Shown here: positions 1 to 9,700 of the stretch, in pieces | Numbering within the stretch: the stretch's first letter is position 1 | How the letters are laid out: every line of letters begins with the position of its first letter | Source: Micromonosporaceae bacterium | Lineage (GTDB): Bacteria > Actinomycetota > Actinomycetes > Mycobacteriales > Micromonosporaceae | DNA: 24,000 nucleotides | Assembly: GCA_035707405.1 (NCBI GenBank) | Contig: DASSUC010000150.1 | Location: 2,876 to 26,875 of the forward strand | Direction of reading: 5' to 3' | The notes under the pieces: model-generated | Told to the model about the DNA's origin: nothing | The model's database searches: none | The model's input: the letters and a program-made list of their open reading frames with translations, nothing else | Program-made: the position numbers and the translations under genes

Positions 1-513
1 ATGGTCGCCGTGCTGACCAAGCGGGAGATCGCCAACCAGCAGCGGGCCACGTATGAGGAGCAGCGGCGCGCGGAGACCGCCCGGATCGAGATGGAGAAGG
101 CCCGCGGCATGGCCGACATGCAGGCGGAGCTGGCCGCCGCGCAGGTGTCCATCGACATCAGCGGTAACCGGGCCAAGGCCAGGGAGGCCGAGGCGGGCGG
201 TGAGGCCGCCTACGTGCGGGTGACCGGCCAGGCCGAGGCCGACCGGGTCCAGGCGCTCGGCCTCGCCGAGGCAAAGGCCGCCGAGGCGCTGGGGCTGGCC
301 CGGGCGGCCGGGTTCCAGGCGCAGCGCGAGGCGATCGGCGAGGTGCCGACCGCGCTGGTGGCGGTCGCCGGCGCGGTCGCCGAGGGCAAGCTCGACATCA
401 TGCCCGAGGTCCTGGTCACCGGCGGTGGGTCAAGCCTGGACGGTCTGGCGGCGACCCTGATCCGGGCGCTGGGCAACGGCAAGGTGGAGCTGCCCCAGGC
501 GCCGCAGGCATGA
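1..513 (+). CDS. Flotillin/SPFH (band 7) family protein, C-terminal part (5' end outside window)
   Basis: The ORF is open from base 1 to the TGA at 511-513. The translation is Ala/Glu/Arg-rich with repeated EA/AEA heptad-like segments (AEADRVQALGLAEAKAAEALGLARAAG), followed by PEVLVTGGG. This pattern is typical of flotillin C-terminal coiled-coil regions. GC3 is high in this frame. Confidence 0.55.
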   Translation: MVAVLTKREIANQQRATYEEQRRAETARIEMEKARGMADMQAELAAAQVSIDISGNRAKAREAEAGGEAAYVRVTGQAEADRVQALGLAEAKAAEALGLARAAGFQAQREAIGEVPTALVAVAGAVAEGKLDIMPEVLVTGGGSSLDGLAATLIRALGNGKVELPQAPQA

Positions 514-685
514 CCCGGCGTCCTGCCCGGGTCCGCAGCTCGTAGCTACGCGAGCTTGATCCGTTTCGGGTTTGTGCTGGTCACGGGTGCGCTATGGGGC
601 CAGGATCCGGTGTGGGAGCCGAGGATCGAGACGATCCACGGGTTAACCTCGCCGGTCCGCCGGTGCTGTCTACAGACCCCCGCTC

Positions 686-730
686 AAATGCCTGAGCAGT
701 AGGCTATCTACCAGGCATTTTCTTTCTGAC
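686..730 (+). terminator. Hairpin plus T-rich tract; possible intrinsic terminator of the upstream gene or a protein-binding palindrome
   Basis: A perfect 9-bp inverted repeat, AAATGCCTG (686-694) and CAGGCATTT (712-720), is followed directly by TCTTTCT. The 17-nt loop contains a further GTAG/CTAC pairing. It lies about 170 nt downstream of the stop at 513. Confidence 0.3.
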
Positions 731-1184
731 TGTGCCGTGGGTCACATATTGGCGCCGTATGGCAAGGTCAAAAGGAACTGGAGTGGGCGCGCTGCACAGC
801 TAATTAGACAATAGTAAATTTCTACAGCTCAAGGACGGTATTCTAATAAGCGAATAGATATGAGCTGCGGACGCCAGGCTCGGGGTCCCGGCCCGCCGGA
901 CGGTGACATTAGTCACAGAGAGTGATGGCTGTGCGGGGTGCTCCGTCATGTACCGGGCCGTTGCGTGACTCAGGGTGGCGCCGATTATGTCATCACTTAT
1001 AACGTATATAGATTTTCCTACCCTTCCGGGACCAGTTGCCTGGTAGACCCGGGCCCTTCAGCCCTACGTGGCCGGAGTGGCGGCGACTGGACTTTAAGTG
1101 GCCTCCGCTTTTTTGGGCCCGGGCAGGAGATCGTTCCGAGTCCCGGAAGCCGACTGTCAGCCATACCTCGGCTAGGGGGATTCT

Positions 1185-4100
1185 ATGTACGGCCGAACCG
1201 AACCGTCGCACGGAGGACCAGCCGAAAAAACCAGTGATGCAAAGCAATCAAGTGATAGGCGCGAGCCGATCGCAATTGTCGGTATCGGGTGCCGGTTCCC
1301 CGGAGGCGTGGACAGCCCCGAGTCGTACTGGGACCTCCTGCGCTCCGGCCGGGACGTACTGGTGGACATTCCGCGTGACCGGTGGCAGGTAGAGAAGTTC
1401 TACGACCCTGACCTGGCCCCCGGCACCAGCCGGGTGCGCCGGGGCGGGTTCCTCACCTGCCCGATCGACGAGTTCGACGCGGCGTTCTTCGGGATCTCGC
1501 CCCGGGAGGCCGACCACATCGACCCGCAGCAGCGGCTCCTCCTCGAGGTCGCCTGGGAGGCCCTGGAGAACGCAGGGGTGCCGGCGGAGCGGGTTGCCGG
1601 CTCGGACACGGGCGTCTTCATGGGTGGCTTCACCCTCGACTACGGCCAGCTCCAGTTCGCCGGCACCGACCGATCCAAGATCGCGGCACACACCGCGACC
1701 GGCGTGGTCATGACGATGCTGGCCAACCGGATCTCGCACGCGTTCGACCTGCTGGGGCCGAGCGTCGCGCTCGACACCGCGTGCTCGTCGTCCCTTGTCG
1801 CGGTCCACTTCGCCTGCCACTCCCTCTGGTCGGGCGAGAGCAGCACCGCCCTGGCCGGCGGCGTGAACCTGATGCTGACCCCGAACTTCACGATCGCGGC
1901 GTCCCAGGGCGGCTTCCTGTCCCCCACCAGCCGTTCCCGCGCCTTCGACGCCGGGGCCGACGGTTACGTGCGGGGCGAGGGCGCCGCCGTCGTCGTCCTC
2001 AAGCCGCTCTCCGCCGCGCTGGCCGACGGCGACCACGTGTACGCGGTGATCCGCGGCACCGCCGTCAACCAGGACGGCCACACCAACGGGATCACCGTAC
2101 CGAACGGGGAGAGCCAGAAGAGGGCGATGCGGCGGGCGCTGGCCGAGGCCGGCGTCGCGGCCTCCTCCATCGGCTACGTCGAGGCCCACGGCACCGGTAC
2201 GCCGGTCGGCGACCCGATCGAGGCCAACGCGATCGGGGAGGTCTACGGCCGCGGAGCCGGCCGGCCGGCCGGGGACGACTGCCTCATCGCCTCAGTCAAG
2301 ACCAACATCGGGCACCTGGAGGCGGCGGCGGGGGCCGCGTCCCTGGTCAAGGCCGTGCTCTGCCTCAGGCACCGCCAGGTACCTCCGCACGCGCACCTGA
2401 CGAACCTCAACCCGGCGATCGACCTTGCCGCGCTGCGGCTGCGGATACCCGCCGCGGGCGAGCCGATCACAGAGCATGACGGCGTGGTACGCGCCGCGGT
2501 CAACTCGTTCGGCTTCGGCGGCACCAACGCGCATGTGGTGCTGGAGAGTGCCCCCGTGCCGGCCAGTCCGGCGGCCGCCGCCGCGGAGACTGCGGGCCCG
2601 CGCCCCGCCGACCCCCTTCCGTCGGTCTTCCCGGTGTCCGCCCGCAGCGCGGGCGCGCTGGCCGAGCTGGCCACCGGTTACGCCGACGCGCTGCACAGCC
2701 CGGAACAGGCCGGCGTGCTGGCGTCGTCCACCGCGCACCGGCGCAGCCACCACCGGCAGGCCCGGCTCGCCGTGGTCACCGACGACTTCCACGAGCTGCG
2801 GGAAGGCCTGCGAAGTGCCGGCGCCGGGCAGCCGCACCCGGCGGTCCACCTGTCGTCGGGGGCGCCCGCCGACTCGCCGCTCGCCTTTGTCTACACCGGA
2901 ATGGGCCCGCAGTGGTGGGCGATGGGCCGCCAGCTTCTCACCACGAGCCGGGTCTTCCGTGCCGCGATTGAGCGGTGTGACGCGGCCCTGGGCCGGCTCG
3001 CCGACTGGTCGCTCGTTGACGAGCTGCTCGCCGGCGAGCCGGCGTCCCGGATGGGCGAGACGGCCATCTCCCAGCCGGCGAACTTCGCGCTCCAGGTGGC
3101 GCTCACCGAGCTGTGGGCCTCGATCGGCATCAAGCCGGACGCCGTCGTGGGGCACAGTGCCGGCGAGATCGCCGCGGCGTACGTGGCCGGCGCCCTCACC
3201 TTCGAGGACGCGGTGACGGTCATCTTCCACCGGGCCCGGCTCCAGCACCGCACGACCGGCATGGGCCGCCTCGTGGCGGCGGCCATCCCGCTGGAGCGCG
3301 CGCTCGACCTTCCCGCGGTCAAGGCGGGCCGGGTCGCCCTGGCCGCAGTCAACAGCCCGGTCTCGGTGGCCCTCGTCGGCACCGTCCCCGACCTGGAGGA
3401 GGTCAAGGCCCTGCTGGACGCCGAGGAGGTGTTCTGCCGGTTCGTGGACGGAGCTGTGCCGTTCCACAGCCCGATGATGGACCCGCTGGAGGCGGAGCTG
3501 CGGGAGTGCCTGGCCCGCCTGGCCCCGCGGGTGCCGACCACACCGCTCTACTCGTGCGTCACCGGCCACCGGGTCGTCGACGCCGTCAACGACGCCGAGT
3601 ACTGGTGGGGCAACGTACGAAAGCCGATGCGGTTCGCGGACGCGGCCCTCGAGATGATCGCCGACGGGATCACCGCGTTCGTCGAGATCGGCCCGCACCC
3701 CGTGCTGCACCGCTCGCTCCTGGACTGCCTCGACGCCAGCGGACGGCACGGCTTCGCCGTACCGTCGCTCAAGCGCGGGAAGGACGAGCCGGCCACGATC
3801 GCGCACTCCTGCGCCGACCTGTACGTCGCGGGCTACTCACCTGACTGGGACGCCCTGCACCCGCGCGGCTTCTTCCAGCACCTGCCCCGCTACCCCTGGC
3901 AGCGCGAGCGGTACTGGATGGAGGCCGAGGACCTCCGCCACGACCGGCTCGGGGAGGTCGACCACTGCCTGCTCGGCCTGCGCCGGGACGTGCCGCTGCC
4001 GACCTGGCGCCGGAACCTGGACGGCAGCCGCCCGGCGTACCTCGCCGACCACCGGGTCATGGACACCAACCTGTTCCCGGGCGCGGGGTACGTCGAGATG

Positions 4101-6755
4101 GCGCTGGCCGCCGGGCGGGCGCTGTTCGGCGCGCCGCGCTGCATCGCCCAGCGGGTCCGGTTCGAGGCGCCGGTCGTCCTGCGCGGCCGCGAGCCGTACC
4201 TGCTCGACACGACCGTGGACCGCACCACCGGCCGGGTGGCGATCTACGGCCGCCACCCCGGCCGGGAGCAGTGGGTGCGGCACGCGTCCGCCCGGCTGGC
4301 TCCGGCCGCCGTGTCGGCACCGGTCTTCGACCTTGCCGCCATCCGGGCGCGCTGCCAGCGGGAGGAGTGGACCGGCACCCGCTTCTACGAGACCGTCGGC
4401 GCCCACGGGTTCGAGTACGGGCCCGCGTTCCGGCCCCTCGGCCGGGTGTGGCTCGGCGAGGGTGAGGCGCTCGGCGAGCTCACCCCGGACGCGCTGGCCC
4501 CGAGCGCAGCGGACGACCTGGTGGTGGACCCGATCGCGCTGGACGGCTCCTTCCAGATGCTGCTACCGCTGATCAGCGCGGCGGTGGAGGAGCACGCCGC
4601 GCTGCTGCCGGTCGGCATCGACCGGGTCGTCGTGTACAGCCGCCCCAGCGGCCGGCTGTGGGCCCATGCCACGGCGACCAGCGCGGCCGACGGCCAGCTG
4701 GCCGGCGACGCCGTGCTCATGACCGAGGACGGCCGCGCCGTTGTCGAGGTGACCGGGTTCCGGGCCCGGGTCGTGGGCGAGGAGCAGCAGGTGCGCAGGC
4801 GGCTCGGGAACCGCTGGCTGTACGAGGTGACCTGGCCCCGGCAGGACCTCGGCGACGCCGAGAACGTCGGACCGGGCCGGTGGCTGGTGCTCGCCGACCG
4901 GCAGGGGCTCGCGGACGAGATCGCCGGCCAGCTCGCCCGGGCGGGCCACACCGCGGTGGTCGCCCGCCCGGGAACGGCGTTCGCCGCGACCGGTCCCGAC
5001 GAGCTCGTCATCCGGCCAGGGGAGCGCGAGGACATCGAGCGGGTGGTACGCACCGTCGCGGCCCGGACGGACCAACCGGTACGCGGTGTCATCTACCTGT
5101 CGCCCGCGTGCCTGGACGCCGCCGACCCCGGGTGCACAGGTGCCGGTGACGCCGTGCCGGCCGCCGTGAGCCTGGGCCTGACACCGGTTCTCCACCTGGT
5201 GCAGACGCTCGACGCGGACGGCCTGGCCTGGCCGCTCACGGTCGTCACGGTCGGCGCCCAGCCGGTCGACGGCTATGTCACGGCCGCTGGCCTGCTACAG
5301 GCGCCGTTGTGGGGGATGGCGCGCACCCTGCGCCAGGAGTCGCTCGCCCTGCGCCCCCGGCTGGTGGACCTCGACCCGGCCCGGCCGGCCGGCGACGTGA
5401 CCGCCCTGGTCACTGAGGTTCTGCTCGCCTCACCAGAGGAGGACCAGCTGGCCTGGCGCGGCGGCGAGCGCCGCGTGGCACGGCTCCAGCCGTCCCGGCG
5501 CGACACCGGCTCGGTGCCGTACCCGCTCCGCCCGGACGCGGCCTACCTGGTCACCGGTGGCCTGGGCAGCCTCGGCCTGCTCACTGCCCGCTGGCTCGCC
5601 GAGCACGGCGCGCGGCGGCTGATCCTGCTGGGCAGGTCGTCGCCGCCGCCCAGGAGCGCCTGGCCGGCACTTGCGGCGGACGACCCGCAGCGCCGCGTGG
5701 CGGATGCGGTCGCAGGCATCGAGGAGCTTGGCGCAACCGTCGAGACGGCCAGCCTCGACGTGGCGGACCCGGCGGAGCTCACCGCCTTCCTCGCCCGGCG
5801 CCGCGCCGGCAACCTGCCGCCGGTCCGCGGTGTCCTGCACGCCGCCGGCACCGTGCAGGACCAGGTGATGATCAGGATGACCGAGGCCCAGCTGGAGGCG
5901 GTACTGCGGGCCAAGGTCCGCGGCGGCTGGTCGCTCCACCAGGTGTTCGCGGGGCAGCCGCTCGACTTCTTCGTGCTGTTCTCGTCGGTGAGCTCCGTCG
6001 TCGTGACGGCCGGCCAAGGCAACTACGCCGCAGGCAACGCCTTCCTGGACGGTCTCGCGCACTACCGGCGCGCCCGCGGCCTGCCCGCCCTGTCGGTCAA
6101 CTGGGGGCCGTGGAACACCGGGATGATCGCTCAGCTCGAGCTCCAGCCGTTCTACCAGCGGCGCGGCATCGACGTGATCCCGGAGGAGACCGGCATGGAG
6201 ATCTTCGAGGAGCTGCTCGGCTCCTCGGAGACGGAGCAGGTCGTGGTGTCGGCGCACTGGCCCACGGTCGTCGCGAACTACGCCATCGTGCCGCAGCTCG
6301 TCGACCACCTGGCGCACGAGGACGACCAGCCGGCCGGCGCCGGATCCGGCGGGGGGCGCTCGGTCGCCGACCGGCTCGCCGCAGCCTCCGGCGAGGAGCG
6401 CCGGGGCGTCATCGAGGACTGCTGTGCGGAGGTGGTCGGCGGGGTCCTGCGGATCAAGCCGGACGCCCTGGCCCGGGACGTCCCGCTCAACCAGCTCGGG
6501 CTGGACTCGATGATCGCGGTCGAGATGCGGATCCGGCTGGAGCAGGCGTTCGGCACCGCCCCGAAGGTCGTGTACCTGTTGCAGAACACCACGGTCGGCG
6601 GCGTCGCCGACTACATCGAGGAGAAGCTCACGCCGCAGCCGGCCGGTGACTCGGCCGAGGATCTGGCCGCGCTCCTCGCCGACCTGGGTCCGGAAGCCGC
6701 AGAGGCGCTGCTCGCGCAGGCCGCGCTGCCCGGTGCGAAGGGATCGGAACGGTGA
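1185..6755 (+). CDS. Type I polyketide synthase, single module KS-AT-DH-KR-ACP (no loading domain, no ER, no TE)
   Basis: 1856-aa ORF with an AGGGGGA RBS about 6 nt upstream of ATG 1185. KS motifs: EPIAIVGIGCRFPGG, DTACSSS (Cys codon 1782-1784), HGTGT, NIGH. AT motifs: GHSAGE (Ser codon 3155-3157) and a downstream PFHS resembling the malonyl-type HAFH motif. DH motif: HRVMDTNLFPGAG (His codon 4050-4052). KR motifs: LVTGGLGSLG and YAAGNAFLD. ACP motif: LGLDSM (Ser codon 6507-6509). Confidence 0.95.
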   Translation: MYGRTEPSHGGPAEKTSDAKQSSDRREPIAIVGIGCRFPGGVDSPESYWDLLRSGRDVLVDIPRDRWQVEKFYDPDLAPGTSRVRRGGFLTCPIDEFDAAFFGISPREADHIDPQQRLLLEVAWEALENAGVPAERVAGSDTGVFMGGFTLDYGQLQFAGTDRSKIAAHTATGVVMTMLANRISHAFDLLGPSVALDTACSSSLVAVHFACHSLWSGESSTALAGGVNLMLTPNFTIAASQGGFLSPTSRSRAFDAGADGYVRGEGAAVVVLKPLSAALADGDHVYAVIRGTAVNQDGHTNGITVPNGESQKRAMRRALAEAGVAASSIGYVEAHGTGTPVGDPIEANAIGEVYGRGAGRPAGDDCLIASVKTNIGHLEAAAGAASLVKAVLCLRHRQVPPHAHLTNLNPAIDLAALRLRIPAAGEPITEHDGVVRAAVNSFGFGGTNAHVVLESAPVPASPAAAAAETAGPRPADPLPSVFPVSARSAGALAELATGYADALHSPEQAGVLASSTAHRRSHHRQARLAVVTDDFHELREGLRSAGAGQPHPAVHLSSGAPADSPLAFVYTGMGPQWWAMGRQLLTTSRVFRAAIERCDAALGRLADWSLVDELLAGEPASRMGETAISQPANFALQVALTELWASIGIKPDAVVGHSAGEIAAAYVAGALTFEDAVTVIFHRARLQHRTTGMGRLVAAAIPLERALDLPAVKAGRVALAAVNSPVSVALVGTVPDLEEVKALLDAEEVFCRFVDGAVPFHSPMMDPLEAELRECLARLAPRVPTTPLYSCVTGHRVVDAVNDAEYWWGNVRKPMRFADAALEMIADGITAFVEIGPHPVLHRSLLDCLDASGRHGFAVPSLKRGKDEPATIAHSCADLYVAGYSPDWDALHPRGFFQHLPRYPWQRERYWMEAEDLRHDRLGEVDHCLLGLRRDVPLPTWRRNLDGSRPAYLADHRVMDTNLFPGAGYVEMALAAGRALFGAPRCIAQRVRFEAPVVLRGREPYLLDTTVDRTTGRVAIYGRHPGREQWVRHASARLAPAAVSAPVFDLAAIRARCQREEWTGTRFYETVGAHGFEYGPAFRPLGRVWLGEGEALGELTPDALAPSAADDLVVDPIALDGSFQMLLPLISAAVEEHAALLPVGIDRVVVYSRPSGRLWAHATATSAADGQLAGDAVLMTEDGRAVVEVTGFRARVVGEEQQVRRRLGNRWLYEVTWPRQDLGDAENVGPGRWLVLADRQGLADEIAGQLARAGHTAVVARPGTAFAATGPDELVIRPGEREDIERVVRTVAARTDQPVRGVIYLSPACLDAADPGCTGAGDAVPAAVSLGLTPVLHLVQTLDADGLAWPLTVVTVGAQPVDGYVTAAGLLQAPLWGMARTLRQESLALRPRLVDLDPARPAGDVTALVTEVLLASPEEDQLAWRGGERRVARLQPSRRDTGSVPYPLRPDAAYLVTGGLGSLGLLTARWLAEHGARRLILLGRSSPPPRSAWPALAADDPQRRVADAVAGIEELGATVETASLDVADPAELTAFLARRRAGNLPPVRGVLHAAGTVQDQVMIRMTEAQLEAVLRAKVRGGWSLHQVFAGQPLDFFVLFSSVSSVVVTAGQGNYAAGNAFLDGLAHYRRARGLPALSVNWGPWNTGMIAQLELQPFYQRRGIDVIPEETGMEIFEELLGSSETEQVVVSAHWPTVVANYAIVPQLVDHLAHEDDQPAGAGSGGGRSVADRLAAASGEERRGVIEDCCAEVVGGVLRIKPDALARDVPLNQLGLDSMIAVEMRIRLEQAFGTAPKVVYLLQNTTVGGVADYIEEKLTPQPAGDSAEDLAALLADLGPEAAEALLAQAALPGAKGSER

Positions 6756-9700
6756 CAGACCTGGCCGCACGGATCGCGCAGCTGTCCCCGGAGGAACGCA
6801 CCAGGCTGGCGAGCCTGCTCCGCCGGCCGGCCGCTGGCGCCTCCCCGGTGCCGGAGGGCGCCGGTGGCATCACCCCCGTACCACGGGACGGCCGCCACCT
6901 CCCGTTGTCGTTCACCCAGGAACGCATCTGGTTCCTGGAGCAGTTCGACCCCGGTACGCCGTACCACAACATGTCCGGGGTGGCCCACGTGCCGATGCGG
7001 ATAGAGCCCGACGTGTTCCGGGACTGCATCGACGAGGTGCTCGCCCGGCACGAGATCCTGCGTACGCGGTTCGTCATACATGACGGGGAGCCGGTCGGGA
7101 TCGCCGAGCAGCACGTCACCGTCCCCATCCGGGTCCTACCCGAGCTGCCGGAGCAGGACCGCGAACGGCTGTTCCAGCAGGACGCCACCCGCCCGTTCGA
7201 CCTGCGGGAGGCGCCGCTGCTGCGGGTGACGATCGCGCCGGAGCCCGGCGAGGAGAGCCTGGTCCAGCTCACCATGCACCACATCGTGTCGGACGGGTTC
7301 TCCACCGGGGTGTTCTTCCGCGAGCTCACCCAGCTCTACCGCCAACGGCGGGCCGGGGTACGGGTCGAGCTGCCGCCGCTGCCGTTCCAGTTCGCCGACG
7401 TCGCGGCGTGGGAGCGCCAGCACGTCGACAGCCGGTCGCAGGCGGGGTCCATCCGTTACTGGGCCAGCCACCTGCACGACGCGCCGCAACGGCTCACCCT
7501 GCCCGCCGACCATCCGCGGCCTCCCCGGATGACGAACCGCGGCGGGCGCCTGCGGGTCGCGCTGCCCGCGGCGCTGGCCGGACAGGTGCAGTCGTGGAGC
7601 CAGCGGAACGGGGTGACCCCGTTCGTCACGATGCTGGCGGGGTTCGTCGCCACCCTCTCCAGGTACGCGGCGCAGGACGACCTCGTCGTCGGCGTACCCG
7701 TGGCCAACCGGGAGCAGGCCGGCGTCGAGCAGCTCATCGGCCCCTTCCTCAACACGCTCGCGCTGCGGTTCGACCTCACCGCGGCGCCGACCTTCGCCGA
7801 GCTCGTGCAGCAGGTCAACCGCACGTTCCTGGCGAGCCTGGAGCACCAGCAGGTCCCGTTCGAGCGGGTCCTGCGGGAGGTGCAGCACGGCCGCGACCCG
7901 AGCCGGAGCCCGCTGTTCCAGGTCCTGTTCAACTTCCAGGCCGACCAGGCGTCGGCCGGGGCCCCGGGCTCGCAGCTGCGGGACGTGCACAACGGCGGCT
8001 GCGACTTCGACCTGCTGGTCAGCATCGTCAGCGGTGCCGATGGGATGACCGCCCACATCGACTACTACGCCGATGTCTACGAGGAGAGCAGCGTGGCCCG
8101 GTTCGCCGGGGCCTTCTGGGAGCTGCTGCGTGCCGCGGTGGGCGACCCCGGGCGGCCGGTGGCTGAGCTTGCGCTCGTGGGCGCGGACGCGTACTCCGAC
8201 GTCGCCGCACGCGCGGCCGGCCCCACGATGCCGTACGACGGCCAGTGCGGGGTGCACGACCTCGTGCTGCGGCAGGCTCACCAGGACCCGGCGCGGGTGG
8301 CGCTGGTCGAAGGCGACCGGGAGGTCACGTACCGCGAGGTCGCCGCCCGCTCCGCGGCCGTGGCGGCGCGGCTGCGCCGGCTGGTCACCGCACCAGACGC
8401 AGACACTGCACCAGACGCACACACTGCACCAGACGCACACGTGGCCATCTGCCTGCCCCGGTCGGCCGACATGGTGGTCGCGATCCTCGGCGTCCTGCGG
8501 GCGGGGCTCAGCTACGTACCGCTCGATCCTGAGTACCCCGCGGCGAGGCTCGCGTTCATCTGCGAGGATGCCCGCGCGGCTGCGGTGGTGAGCCGCCATG
8601 GGCTCGAGGACGTCGTCCCGGCAGCCGGCCTGCCGACGGTCTGGATGGACGAGCTCGACAGCGCCCCTGGTGAAGCCGGGCACGGTGACGGGGCGGGCGG
8701 CGACCGGCGCGCCTACACCATCTACACCTCAGGCTCGACCGGCCTGCCCAAGGGCGTCCAGATCAGCCACCGCAACGTCGTGAACTTCCTGCTCTCGATC
8801 TGCGAGCGCCCCGGCCTGGGGCGGCCCGACGTCCTGCTCGCGGTCACCAGCCCCTCGTTCGACATCGCCCTGCTGGAGATGCTCGCGCCGCTCACCTGCG
8901 GCGCGCGGGCCGTCATCGCCTCGCCCGCGGACGTGACCGACGGCCGGCGCCTCGCCGCACTGATCGAAGCTCATCAGGTGACCGTCATGCAGGCAACGCC
9001 CGCGACCTGGCAGCTCCTGCTGGCGAGTGGGTGGCGCGGCCGGCCCGGCCTGCGGGCACTGTGCGGCGGCGAGGCATTCCCACCCGCGCTCGCCGCGGCG
9101 CTGCTGGCCCGGTGCGGCGAGGTGTGGAACATGTACGGCCCAACCGAGACGACGATCTGGTCGACGATCCACCGGGTCAGCGAGGAGGACCCGGCGGGCG
9201 GCTCGATCCCCATCGGGAGGCCGATCGCCAACACCACCGCCTTCGTGCTCGATGCCGGGCTCAACCCGGTGCCGGAAGGCGTCCTCGGCGAGCTCTGCCT
9301 CGGTGGTGACGGGGTCTCCACCGGTTACCACCAGCGCCCCGACCTGACAGCGGCCAGGTTCGTCACACCGCCGTGGCTCGCCGGAGCCCGCGTGTACCGG
9401 ACCGGGGACATCGCCCGTGCCCGTGCGGGCGGGACGATCGACTTCCACGGCCGCAACGACGACCAGGTGAAGGTCCGCGGCTTCCGGGTCGAGCTGGGCG
9501 AGATCGAGGCGGTTCTGGGCGCGTACCCCGGCGTGGCCCGCGTGGCCGCGGCGGCCGTCGAGAACGACGGCGACATCGATAAGTTAGTCATCGCCTACGT
9601 GCAGCTCACACCAGCCGGCGGCGGGCCTGGGCTTTCCGCGCCTGGCGAGGGTGGCGTCACACCCGCCGGGTTGCAGGCATTCGCCAGCGAGCGGCTGCCG

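Noticed and set aside
759-925. Small ORFs in the AT-rich region upstream of the PKS (e.g. ATG 759, 14 aa MARSKGTGVGALHS; ATG about 861, 21 aa MSCGRQARGPGPPDGDISHRE) as possible leader or precursor peptides
   Set aside because: They have no RBS, no conserved or Cys/Ser/Thr-rich core suggestive of a RiPP, no associated tailoring enzymes, and lengths compatible with chance.
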